NCBI GenBank assembly: GCA_035650595.1
Contig: DASRHE010000009.1
Coordinates: 86,831 to 150,830 of the forward strand
Length of the DNA: 64,000 bases
Direction: 5' to 3'
From: Terracidiphilus sp.
GTDB taxonomy: Bacteria > Acidobacteriota > Terriglobia > Terriglobales > Acidobacteriaceae
The notes beneath the pieces were generated by a model. The model was given only the letters and a program-made list of their open reading frames with translations, was not told the origin of the DNA and made no database searches. Positions within the stretch are counted from its first letter, which is position 1. Every line of letters begins with the position of its first letter. A program made the translations under genes and the position numbers. Of the stretch, positions 8,685 to 17,248 are shown in pieces.

Positions 8685-8723
8685 AGAAAGAAAAATCCGG
8701 CAGCCTGTAACGGCCGCCGGATC
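8685..8723 (-). terminator. intrinsic terminator downstream of the VWA gene
   Basis: On the minus strand: AUCCGGCGGCC-GUUACA-GGCUGCCGGAU followed by UUUUUCUUUCUCUUC. It begins 15 nt after the stop at 8738. Confidence 0.6.
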
Positions 8724-8737
8724 TGTGAGGACGCGGT

Positions 8738-9712
8738 TTATTGTACTTCGGCCATCTCTGAGCCCATTACCAGCACCTGCTGCGGAGCATCGATCTTGGC
8801 TCCGTGCACGTCGGCTTTGAGCTTGAAACTGGCCACCTGCGATTTGCCCTTCGAAGGAGCCATAAAGCTCAGTTCGTACTGGTTATTAAGCCTGCGGTCG
8901 ATATCTTCAAAGTACGGCTGGAAACTGACCGGGTTGCCATAGCCCTGCCAGTAGTTGTTGCCACCTGTGGCCTGGGTGAGCTGAGTTAACAAATTCTGCC
9001 CGCTGTTGGTCGCGGCCATGCTGCGATCGACCCGGCCGATGTTCTGCCAGTAGATCGAGTAAACCACCAGCTGGGCCCGCACAGAGTCCTGGATGGCAGC
9101 CTGCAGATACGGATCATTCGGATCGTAGTGCCGCACGCCATCGTAGTAGTCGACGCCGTCGGTGATCATCACTACTTCACGCCGCGCCTGGCGATTGTTC
9201 GAGGGCCAATGATGCGCCAGGTCAGAGAGGCAGAAGTAGGGGCTGGCGCTCACGCCCGGAACACCGCCGGTGATGCGCAGGCCGCGCAGGGTCGCACTGC
9301 GGTCAGTCGTGAGCGGACCGGTAAGCGCTGCCTGGCCGTTCTGCATGTAGGCAAGCGTGGCACTGGTGTTGGCGGGCAGGCTTTGCACAAACCGGGTAAT
9401 CTCCTGCATCTGAGTGCCGAGACTTGTGCGCGCTGCGCCATCGATCAGGATCACCAGCTCAACCGGTGAATTCGGACCAAGCTGCTGCACACGCGTGATC
9501 TGTGTGTCCTTGCCGTCAACCTTTGCATTCAGATTCTGCGGCGAGAGATTCGGCGCAGACGCATTCTTGTCGGGGAGCACGGTAATGATGGCCTGTCCCT
9601 GGCCCTGCTGATTCTCTGAAGCTGCGAATGCGGGCGCTGCCGCAAGCAGTGATCCAGTCAGCAATCCAGACATTGCCAGAACTGCGAGTTTGTTTGATTG
9701 TTTCGAGATCAT
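8738..9712 (-). CDS. VWA domain-containing secreted protein (VWFA-related acidobacterial-type)
   Basis: The ATG at 9712 is preceded by AGGAGG. Signal peptide MISKQSNKLAVLAMSGLLTGSLLAAAPAFA. VELVILIDGAARTS... is a MIDAS-like start of a VWA fold. The overall architecture resembles the TIGR03436-type family. The family name is from memory and was not searched. Confidence 0.7.
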   Translation of the reverse strand: MISKQSNKLAVLAMSGLLTGSLLAAAPAFAASENQQGQGQAIITVLPDKNASAPNLSPQNLNAKVDGKDTQITRVQQLGPNSPVELVILIDGAARTSLGTQMQEITRFVQSLPANTSATLAYMQNGQAALTGPLTTDRSATLRGLRITGGVPGVSASPYFCLSDLAHHWPSNNRQARREVVMITDGVDYYDGVRHYDPNDPYLQAAIQDSVRAQLVVYSIYWQNIGRVDRSMAATNSGQNLLTQLTQATGGNNYWQGYGNPVSFQPYFEDIDRRLNNQYELSFMAPSKGKSQVASFKLKADVHGAKIDAPQQVLVMGSEMAEVQ

Positions 9713-9905
9713 GGGGTTTTCCTCCTTGAGGCGCCCGCGCGTAAACAGCAGCCGCGAGCCCAAATCGCCTCGACTGCATTTCTTTAGATGAAAGAACAGG
9801 GGGATCGGCAACAAGTTGCGCGAGCAGATCAAGAAAGTCTATGAGCTGACGAAAAAAGAACAGAATTTGCAATTTAGCGGGTATTTGATGAGGAACCGGT
9901 GACAA

Positions 9906-12900
9906 TCAGGCGTTGTTGGCCGTCAAATACTGAATTGCATTCGAGAGCAATCTGCGGTGTAAGGTTGCATGCATGCCTGTGATGCGATGAAAGAGCAGAC
10001 GGCGACCCTGGCCAGAGAAGGCAAAGGTGCCTGCGCCGATCTTGCGATCGTGGTCGCGGCTGTAGGCGGCGATGATCTCCAGGCCGTCTCCAGAGACGAT
10101 GAGGCCGTTTGAGTCGGAGCCTTTCACCTGGTACTCGATGCTCATGGCGCGATCGACCGGCAGGCCATCATAGACAGGATGCTTGCGCACAAAGAACCAA
10201 GTGCCCATCCATGAGGCGCGTGAAGAACCAACCATGCCCGCAAACTGAAAGCCCGCAGCCGAGGCGAGCTGCGCACCCGCGCCCGTAGCCTGGCCATCGT
10301 TGGTGCAAACGGTGAAGAGCGGAGTACCAGAGGTGAACGCCGCGACAATCTCATCAGGAAGCAGCGTGGGCGGAATCGACAGGCTGCGCTTGTCGGCGCC
10401 TACATCGTCCGTGCTCACTGTATCGGTTGGCTGCCTGGTTGCGGGCGAGGCGATGATGAGGTCGTACTTGCGGCCGGGCGTGAACGGTAAAAAGACGAGA
10501 CCTGGAATGGCAGAGAGTTGCGCAGTGATCTCGTCGGCGAGACCATGCGTGGCGATGCGCAGATTCTCGAAGCGATGCGGCGTTGGATCGACCACCCAGA
10601 TCTGCCGCGTGTGAGCTGAAGCCGGGTTGCCGGCGAGTGAGAAGTGCGTCGTCCACACGCCTTCGCGGTCGAGCTTGGGGCTGAACGCGCTCCGCTGCAC
10701 CAGATACGAAAGCTGATCGGGCACGAACTCGGGTGCGTCATACGTATCGACCGTATGGCTCACGCCCGCAGGATCGGTCATGGCAAACGCGAGTTTGCCA
10801 TGCACGGGACGATTCGAGTCGTTGAGCAGATACAGATCAAAATCAATCTGGCCGCCCAGTGCGGCTACGAGCGCCTTCTGCTTCGCTACCGGCCGCACAG
10901 AGAGAAGCGACAAGCGGATGGGATCGGGATTCGACTTGTAATCGCGGAAGTTGTCGACCAGACCGGAGTGATTTTCCATCGCAGTCGATTCCCATCCGCT
11001 AATGGTCGAGTAATCATTCGCGTCGCAGATGCGGATGTTCTCGAGAAACTGTCCCCACGACTCGTACGCGCGGCGACCGATGGACTGAAAGAGGTCGCTC
11101 GCCCTCGGAAACGCTTTGCGAAATCCCCACGTGTCGAGAAATTCTTCGTAGACGGCAAGCAGTTCCTGGTGATCGGCGAGATCGTAGCTCTTTCCTCCAT
11201 GCGTCATGATCTGACGAACAAGCTGTTCATGATCATCAATCGACGCAGCGCCCTTCATCTCGCCCCACTCCACGATTTCGGTCTTGTTCGTCGAGTGATA
11301 GAGGAAATCATTCACGTTGACGTAGTGAGCGTCCTGCCATACGTCGGAAGGCGGACCCTGATGTTCGTCCCACCAACCGCCGGCGCCGCCTTCAGCCGAC
11401 GTACGCAGATGATCGCTGTACGGTTCGATCCATGCCTGCGCGGCGCGCGAGGCGAAGCCATCATTGGCGACAATGGTCCGGCTCGGGTCTTCCGCGTGCA
11501 TGCCGCGCAGGATGCGCGCAAGATTCGGATTGTTCAGATCGGGCCGCGCTTCGTTCTGCAAGATGTACTCGATCACCGACGGATGGCTGCGATAGGCGCG
11601 GATCATGCCGATGATCTTGGCTTCCATGTAGCGATTGGCAAAGTCAGGCGGCGCATCGGCGCGGCCCACGGCCTGGTAGCCGCCGCCGGGTTCGAGCGCG
11701 CGCAGCAGCCCACGGCGATCCTGGACAGCGAGCACTTCTTCTTTGGCAAGATTGCGATGAAAGTTGAGGCAGTTGAGATTGAAGTGCTTCGCGACGGCGA
11801 CTTCTTTCTCTGCGAGCTCGGGCGTTGGCCAGAGACCGTTCAGCGCCCAGTAACCCCAGGAGATCGCGGTGTAAATACGCACGCGGCGGCCGTTGAGGCG
11901 AAAGAATGCATTCGTGCCGATGCCATCCGGCGCGAACCAGCGAAAGCCGAAGTCGACACTGCGCGTTGCGTGAGTGGCGGCGCTCGTCCATCGCGCGGTC
12001 ATGCGGTAGAGATGCGGCGTGTCGAGATCCCAGAGGTGTGCGGTAGGACACGTCAGCTCAGATTGAAATGCCGCGGTCTGATTGGCATCAAGCGGAGCGG
12101 CAATCTCACTATGCGCCAGTTCGCGATTCGTTGCCGGATCAACAATCGCAAACCGCAATCGGCCGTTGCTCACCGCAGCGCCGGTGTTTTCGATCTCGGC
12201 GTGCACGGTGACTCGTCGCGCCTGTGGCGTATTCAACACCCAGCTATCGCGGATGCGCGCAGGCCCATGAGCGCTTAGCGTGAGCGCACGATCGAGTCCG
12301 CCGAAGCCATGGCTCTTCTGAAAGGTCGCATTGCCCCAGGTGAGCCGGTTGCCATCGACCCAATCGAGACGTCCGCCGGGATTGGTAATGCGGATCGCCA
12401 GCTGATTCGTCTCGCCGGGATGGGCCGCCTCCGTAACATCACACTCGAAGGGAAGCTCTTCGAGAATCGAATAGCCGACGAGCTTTTGATTCAGATAAAC
12501 CTCAGCACGATGACGCGCTCCGCGAATACGCAGCACGATGCGTTTGCCTTTGAACGCCGCAGGAATATCAAGAGGACGCCACCACCACGAGACACCGTAG
12601 TACGCGCCGTTCTTCACTTCATCATCAGTGGTTTCGAAACGATACTCGTCGTGATAAGGACGCAATCCCTGGAGGGCCCAGAAGTACTGTTCGACCGTTG
12701 TCGGCAGCGTAACAGGAATTCCAAGCGTGGCATCGAGCACCTGCCAGCCTCCCGTCGGCGTATTCACCGGCAGCGTATCGAGATGAACGTCTTCGGGCAG
12801 AAAGATGGAGTCGTTCTTCCATTCGGCCTGCTGATCGGGCCAGAGCCGCCAGCCACTGTCGGGAATGGCGAGTGCGTCTCCATCGTGAGAAATAGAGGAT

Positions 12901-13010
12901 GCAGCGGGCTGCTCAGCAGGAGCGAGAGGAAGATGGCTCGCGACCAGCGCCGCGGCTGAGCCTTGAAGAAATTTTCTGCGATTGAAGATAGAGCCGGCGT
13001 CGCTTTCCAT
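9906..13010 (-). CDS. glycoside hydrolase family 2-like protein, TAT-exported
   Basis: Twin-arginine signal NRRKFLQGSAAALVA. GH2 sugar-binding domain pattern (WWWRPLDIPAAFKGKRIVLRIRGARHRAEVYLNQKLVGY...PFECDVT). TIM-barrel segment with YILQNEA (candidate acid/base NE). A long C-terminal extension of unknown function. Confidence 0.7.
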   Translation of the reverse strand: MESDAGSIFNRRKFLQGSAAALVASHLPLAPAEQPAASSISHDGDALAIPDSGWRLWPDQQAEWKNDSIFLPEDVHLDTLPVNTPTGGWQVLDATLGIPVTLPTTVEQYFWALQGLRPYHDEYRFETTDDEVKNGAYYGVSWWWRPLDIPAAFKGKRIVLRIRGARHRAEVYLNQKLVGYSILEELPFECDVTEAAHPGETNQLAIRITNPGGRLDWVDGNRLTWGNATFQKSHGFGGLDRALTLSAHGPARIRDSWVLNTPQARRVTVHAEIENTGAAVSNGRLRFAIVDPATNRELAHSEIAAPLDANQTAAFQSELTCPTAHLWDLDTPHLYRMTARWTSAATHATRSVDFGFRWFAPDGIGTNAFFRLNGRRVRIYTAISWGYWALNGLWPTPELAEKEVAVAKHFNLNCLNFHRNLAKEEVLAVQDRRGLLRALEPGGGYQAVGRADAPPDFANRYMEAKIIGMIRAYRSHPSVIEYILQNEARPDLNNPNLARILRGMHAEDPSRTIVANDGFASRAAQAWIEPYSDHLRTSAEGGAGGWWDEHQGPPSDVWQDAHYVNVNDFLYHSTNKTEIVEWGEMKGAASIDDHEQLVRQIMTHGGKSYDLADHQELLAVYEEFLDTWGFRKAFPRASDLFQSIGRRAYESWGQFLENIRICDANDYSTISGWESTAMENHSGLVDNFRDYKSNPDPIRLSLLSVRPVAKQKALVAALGGQIDFDLYLLNDSNRPVHGKLAFAMTDPAGVSHTVDTYDAPEFVPDQLSYLVQRSAFSPKLDREGVWTTHFSLAGNPASAHTRQIWVVDPTPHRFENLRIATHGLADEITAQLSAIPGLVFLPFTPGRKYDLIIASPATRQPTDTVSTDDVGADKRSLSIPPTLLPDEIVAAFTSGTPLFTVCTNDGQATGAGAQLASAAGFQFAGMVGSSRASWMGTWFFVRKHPVYDGLPVDRAMSIEYQVKGSDSNGLIVSGDGLEIIAAYSRDHDRKIGAGTFAFSGQGRRLLFHRITGMHATLHRRLLSNAIQYLTANNA

Positions 13011-13160
13011 TTTCTTTCCGTTTGGATGAAGACGAGTGACCAGATTAAGGTCTGACCAGTCACGAGCGAGTATAGCAGCGGCGATGCTGGAAGCCGCTGC
13101 ACAAGCTAAGACGCCCTTTCGTCCGATTGCTGGACGGCAGTATACCCTTAAGGCAAGACC

Positions 13161-14483
13161 ATGGCGTCTGCTTCCTCAAGAGCACAACTTCAGCGCGGCA
13201 TTGAGGCCTTTGCCTCGCGCGATTTCAGGCGCTATCAACTGGCGCGCATGATGGCGATTCTAGGAGCTGAGGCGCAGTCCGTGGCTGTGGCGTGGCAGGT
13301 CTATTCCATCACGCACAGGGCCATCGATCTTGGCTACACCGGGCTGGCGCTGTTCCTGCCGGGACTGCTCTTTCTATTGCCTGCAGGCCATGTAGCCGAC
13401 CGCTTTGACCGGCGCCGCGTCATCCTGATCTGCTACTCGCTGCAAATGCTCTGCACGCTGTCGCTCGCGGTGCTGGCGTACCACGCGACGCAGAATATTT
13501 TCGAAATCTATGCAGTTTTGTTTTTGATTGGCTCGGGCAGAGCCTTCTCCGGGCCGGCAAGTTCCGCTTTGATTCCACACCTGGTACCGGAAGAACACTT
13601 CGTGAATGCCGTCACGTGGGGCGGCGCTGTCTTTCAGCTTGCCAATATCACCGGCCCGGCAATCGGCGGACTGCTCTACACCTTTCCGCTCGCGCGTTTC
13701 GCACCTGGAGCTGGGCTGGAGGGCGCAGGCATCGTCTATCTCTTCACGCTGGGGACGCTCGTGTGGTTCGTGGTGCTGGTGAGCACGCTGCATGTACGGC
13801 CCGGCCGGATGGAGCATCGCGAGCTCTCGCTCGATGTCCTGCTGGCAGGATTTCGGTATGTGAGTCGTGCCTCGATGTTGCTGGGCTCGTTTTCGCTGGA
13901 TCTTTTTGTGGTGCTGCTGGGCGGGGCCACGGCGCTGATGCCGATCTTTGCGCATGAGATTTTGCACCAGGGCCCGCGCGGCTTGGGCATGTTGCGCGCA
14001 GCGCCTGCTTTCGGAGCGGTTGCGATGTCGCTGGTGATGGCGCGGTATCCGCTGCGCCGCCAGACGGGACGATGGCTCTTTATCTGCGTCTCGATCTTCG
14101 GCGCGGCCACGGTCATCTTCGGACTCTCACGCACGCTGTGGCTTTCTCTCGCTTCGCTCGCGATTGCCGGCGCAGCCGACACCATCAGCGTGATTGTCCG
14201 CGGATCGATTTTGCAGCTCGCCACGCCGCCCGAGATGCGCGGCCGCGTGAGCGCTGTGAATTCGCTCTTTATCGGCGCATCCAACGAGCTCGGTGAGTTT
14301 GAGAGCGGATTGACGGCGCAGTGGTGGGGCGCGGTACGCGCCACGGTGATCGGCGGAATCGGTGCGCTGGCCGTGGCCGGGCTGTGGGCGACGATCTTTC
14401 CTGGCCTGCGCAAAGTGGATCAACTGACCGCCGAGTCTCTGCTGGCGCAGGTGCCGACGGAGGATGCTGCTCCACAGTCGTGA
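13161..14483 (+). CDS. MFS transporter (EntS/MFS_3-like)
   Basis: The N-terminus ...FASRDFRRYQLARMMAILGAEAQSVAVAWQVY and 12 hydrophobic segments are typical of the ENTS-like MFS family. Confidence 0.8.
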   Translation: MASASSRAQLQRGIEAFASRDFRRYQLARMMAILGAEAQSVAVAWQVYSITHRAIDLGYTGLALFLPGLLFLLPAGHVADRFDRRRVILICYSLQMLCTLSLAVLAYHATQNIFEIYAVLFLIGSGRAFSGPASSALIPHLVPEEHFVNAVTWGGAVFQLANITGPAIGGLLYTFPLARFAPGAGLEGAGIVYLFTLGTLVWFVVLVSTLHVRPGRMEHRELSLDVLLAGFRYVSRASMLLGSFSLDLFVVLLGGATALMPIFAHEILHQGPRGLGMLRAAPAFGAVAMSLVMARYPLRRQTGRWLFICVSIFGAATVIFGLSRTLWLSLASLAIAGAADTISVIVRGSILQLATPPEMRGRVSAVNSLFIGASNELGEFESGLTAQWWGAVRATVIGGIGALAVAGLWATIFPGLRKVDQLTAESLLAQVPTEDAAPQS

Positions 14484-14533
14484 GAGATCTACTCCTTCGC
14501 GCAAAGGACGGACGGCGAGCCATTGGATTCACA

Positions 14534-15298
14534 TCATCGGCAGAGCCATCCGCCATCGACAACGAGCAGATGCCCATGCACGTAATTGCTGGCCTCTGAG
14601 GCAAGGAAGACCGCTGCGCCGCCCAGATCAGAAGGCTCGCCCCAGCGGCCTGCCGGAATTCTTCCAAGAATCGAGACCGACCTCACCGGATCAGAGCGCA
14701 GCGGTGCGGTGTTATCTGTAGCCATGTAACCCGGTGCTATGGCGTTCACATTGATTCCCTTGCTGGCCCACTCATTGGCAAGCGCCTTTGTGAGCTGCCC
14801 TACCGCTCCCTTTGAAGCAACGTAGCTGGGAATGAGAAGACCGCCCTGGAACGACATGAGCGAAGCCGTATTGACGATTTTTCCACGACCCTGCGCGAGC
14901 ATCTTGCGCCCGGCATACTGGCTGAGAAACCAGACAGCGTTGAGATTCGTGGCAATGACCTCATCCCAAAATTCCTCGGAATGTTCCGCTGCGGGAGCGC
15001 GGCGGATGGTGCCGGCGTTGTTGAAGAGGATGTCGATAGAGCCGAATGCCTCGACTGTGTCATCCACCAGCATGCGGCAGACAGCTTTATCGCGCACGTC
15101 GCCGGGGCGTACGAGCATGCGGACGCCGGTCTTCTCCACCTCCGCGATGACTTCGTCGTGCACTTTGTCGTAATTGTGCAGAGTCACATTTGCGCCGGCC
15201 TGCGCGAGCGCAATAGCGATACCCGAACCGAGGCCCTGCCCCGATCCGGTAACCAGCGCATTTTTGCCCTTGAGGCTGAAGAGATCGAGGATCGGCAT
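14534..15298 (-). CDS. kduD: SDR oxidoreductase, 2-dehydro-3-deoxy-D-gluconate 5-dehydrogenase-like
   Basis: Collinear with E. coli KduD as recalled: LKGKNALVTGSGQGLG (TGxxxGxG), NNAG, SxxxxxxxxxxxYxxSK (SYVASK), IAPGYMATDNT, RIPAGRWGEPSDL, VDGGWL. Confidence 0.8.
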   Translation of the reverse strand: MPILDLFSLKGKNALVTGSGQGLGSGIAIALAQAGANVTLHNYDKVHDEVIAEVEKTGVRMLVRPGDVRDKAVCRMLVDDTVEAFGSIDILFNNAGTIRRAPAAEHSEEFWDEVIATNLNAVWFLSQYAGRKMLAQGRGKIVNTASLMSFQGGLLIPSYVASKGAVGQLTKALANEWASKGINVNAIAPGYMATDNTAPLRSDPVRSVSILGRIPAGRWGEPSDLGGAAVFLASEASNYVHGHLLVVDGGWLCR

Positions 15299-15445
15299 TG
15301 CGAGCTACTCCTGGATTTCGAATTGTTTTGGGCTTGGTTGAAGAATCGAACGAAATTGTACAGGGCGCAAACCCCAACCGAATGTGCGCGGAAGCACACT
15401 TTGCGCGGGCGCGGTGGGAGGGTGCGCGCATCGCCCCCCGCCGCG

Positions 15446-15474
15446 TTGACCCTGCCTGGAACAGTTGATAGACT
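15446..15474 (+). promoter_or_regulatory. sigma70-like promoter for tRNA-fMet
   Basis: TTGACC (15446-15451), a 17-nt spacer, then TAGACT (15469-15474). The mature tRNA 5' end lies 6 nt downstream. Confidence 0.5.
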
Positions 15475-15479
15475 TAATT

Positions 15480-15556
<77 letters not shown>

Positions 15557-15774
15557 ACCAAATTCTTTTTAAAGAGCCTTGATCGAGTCTATGGCGAAAG
15601 CTGCGGATTCTCAGGCAAAACAGTTACCGCAACTCTTTTCGGTGATAGCAATCCACCTCAGATACGAGTCGCGAATGAGCTCTCTGCGCCGGCTGCTGAA
15701 TTCGCTAAGGGTACAGCAAAAATCGAGATCACATTGCAGGTTGCTCTGGGTCTGCGTGTTTCAAAGGTGACGGC

Positions 15775-16035
15775 CTATAACCCGACGTATGCCAGCATCG
15801 ATGCGCATTGTTTCCCTTCAGCCGGTCCATGCGGGCGCACGGTATAGACTCCGATGACGGCGGCGAAGATGAGGGTCTCCGCGCAATGAACGATGAATGG
15901 ATCGAAGGAACCGTCGGGGCTCTCGACAATCACCTCGCTGCCTTCAACGAGATTCAGCACATGCACCGTGCCGCGCGTGTGGTGATGAACGGTTGCGCTA
16001 TCAGGGCAATGAGCAGATGGTTTCGCAAAGCGGCG
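15775..16035 (-). pseudogene. remnant of the C-terminal cupin domain of a class I mannose-6-phosphate isomerase-like gene
   Basis: Open frame ...SATVHHHTRGTVHVLNLVEGSEVIVESPDGSFDPFIVHCAETLIFAAVIGVYTVRP... resembles the C-terminal beta-barrel of Bacillus-type PMI. An in-frame stop at 16036-16038 cuts it off, the frame contains no ATG (only GTG at 15966), and only ~165 nt separate it from the upstream ROK gene. An N-terminal catalytic domain therefore cannot be present. Confidence 0.3.
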
Positions 16036-16202
16036 TCAGACGAACAAGTCAGGATATCGATTAACGCTACGGGATTCGCATCCGACACCGCGGCTATTCC
16101 ATATGTGGGAGATCCCCAATGCCACGGGTCGAGTGCGGATAATTGACGGAAATTGGGCGTCTTATTTTATCCAGATCGCATACTTTCCTGATGCACCCGC
16201 CG

Positions 16203-17198
16203 TCACCGGCGCTGTCGCCTGAATGGCAGACCACCAAGCTCACTAACGCGAGATACGCCTTCCGCAACGCAGAGTGCGGAGATATCCCCGATGCGTTCAC
16301 CTAATCCCGCTGGAGTTACGATGCATCCTTCTGCACTTTGCGGAAGAGCTTCGCGCCGCAACACGGCGAGCGCCGGATCAAGCAACAGGCTTCCGAGGCG
16401 AAGCGCAAGGCCGCCAAGAATGATGCGCTCGGGATTCAGGATGTCGACGAGGATCGCGAGCGCGTGCCCGAGCTTTTCACCCGTGTGCTTCACGATTTTC
16501 TGCGCAACCGCATCGCCGTTTACGGCCGCCACGCCGATATCTTTTGCAGTCAATCGGCCCGCGGCATTCAAAGGCGCCAATTGAGTCTCTTCACCGGATC
16601 GGAACGCGGCGGCGATTCTCTCCTGTGCGTATTGGGTCATGCCCCAGCCGCTCGCCCATCCCTCGACAGAACCGGCCTTGCCATATCCAACCGGTCCTTC
16701 GTTTGTGAGCCTTACGTGTCCGATCTCGCCAGCCATTTCCGTGGCTCCACGGTAAAGCTCTCCGTTGAGAATCAGGCCTGCTCCAAGGCCGGTACCCAAG
16801 GTGAGGAAGATCAGATTGTTGCAGCCCTTTCCTGCACCGTAGCGATGTTCGGCGACAGCACAGGCGTTTGCGTCATTCTCCACAAGACAGGGTGCGTTGA
16901 ACCAATCTTCGAGAGTCTGTTTGATCGGAATATCGATCCAGGACTGCAGATTGGGTGGAGACTTGATGATTCCCCGAACTCGATCAAGCGGACCTCCACA
17001 ACTCACGCCAAGTTGAATCGAGGAGGAGCCGCCATGCCGCTCCAGTGCGAGTTCTATGTGTTGCTTGATTTTCTCGATCGACTGTTCCGGCCCGAGATGC
17101 TGTAACGTCGAGAACTCTTCCCGATAGAGAATGCGAGAGGGGTCTTCAGCGACGATAACGGCTGTCTTCGTTCCTCCGATATCTACACCAACGAGCAT
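16203..17198 (-). CDS. ROK family sugar kinase (glucokinase/N-acetylhexosamine kinase-like)
   Basis: MLVGVDIGGTKTAV (ATP-binding DxGxT), ENDANACAVAEHRYGAGKG, GTGLGAGLILNGELYRG and GEIGH are classic ROK signatures. Confidence 0.8.
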   Translation of the reverse strand: MLVGVDIGGTKTAVIVAEDPSRILYREEFSTLQHLGPEQSIEKIKQHIELALERHGGSSSIQLGVSCGGPLDRVRGIIKSPPNLQSWIDIPIKQTLEDWFNAPCLVENDANACAVAEHRYGAGKGCNNLIFLTLGTGLGAGLILNGELYRGATEMAGEIGHVRLTNEGPVGYGKAGSVEGWASGWGMTQYAQERIAAAFRSGEETQLAPLNAAGRLTAKDIGVAAVNGDAVAQKIVKHTGEKLGHALAILVDILNPERIILGGLALRLGSLLLDPALAVLRREALPQSAEGCIVTPAGLGERIGDISALCVAEGVSRVSELGGLPFRRQRR

Positions 17199-17248
17199 TC
17201 AGACTCCTCGGGCTGCGGGCGTTTGCGCACAACGCAGCATAGCCGGTT

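Noticed and set aside
10644-12278. 544-aa + strand ORF, and similar long ORFs opposite real genes: 743-1582(-), 5942-6838(+), 7013-7831(-), 13736-14413(-), 18875-19762(+), 29146-29961(-), 36086-37036(+), 43621-44406(+), 45310-45966(-), 50751-51344(-), 57682-58782(-), 58886-59662(-), 60506-61216(-)
   Set aside because: Each lies antisense to, or out of frame within, a gene that has strong family-specific motifs. Their products are Arg/Ala/Gly/Pro-rich low-complexity strings typical of shadow ORFs in high-GC DNA, and none has a recognisable domain.
13036-13068. Direct repeat TGACCAG-N9-TGACCAG with flanking GTGAC/GTCAC in the GH2/MFS divergent spacer as an operator
   Set aside because: The motif is short, occurs once and has no associated regulator gene. 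It is noted but not supportable.
15557-15775. Integrated mobile element, integrase or att repeat next to tRNA-fMet and tRNA-Lys
   Set aside because: No integrase, transposase or phage-like ORF was found, and no direct repeat of a tRNA 3' end was noticed near either tRNA.
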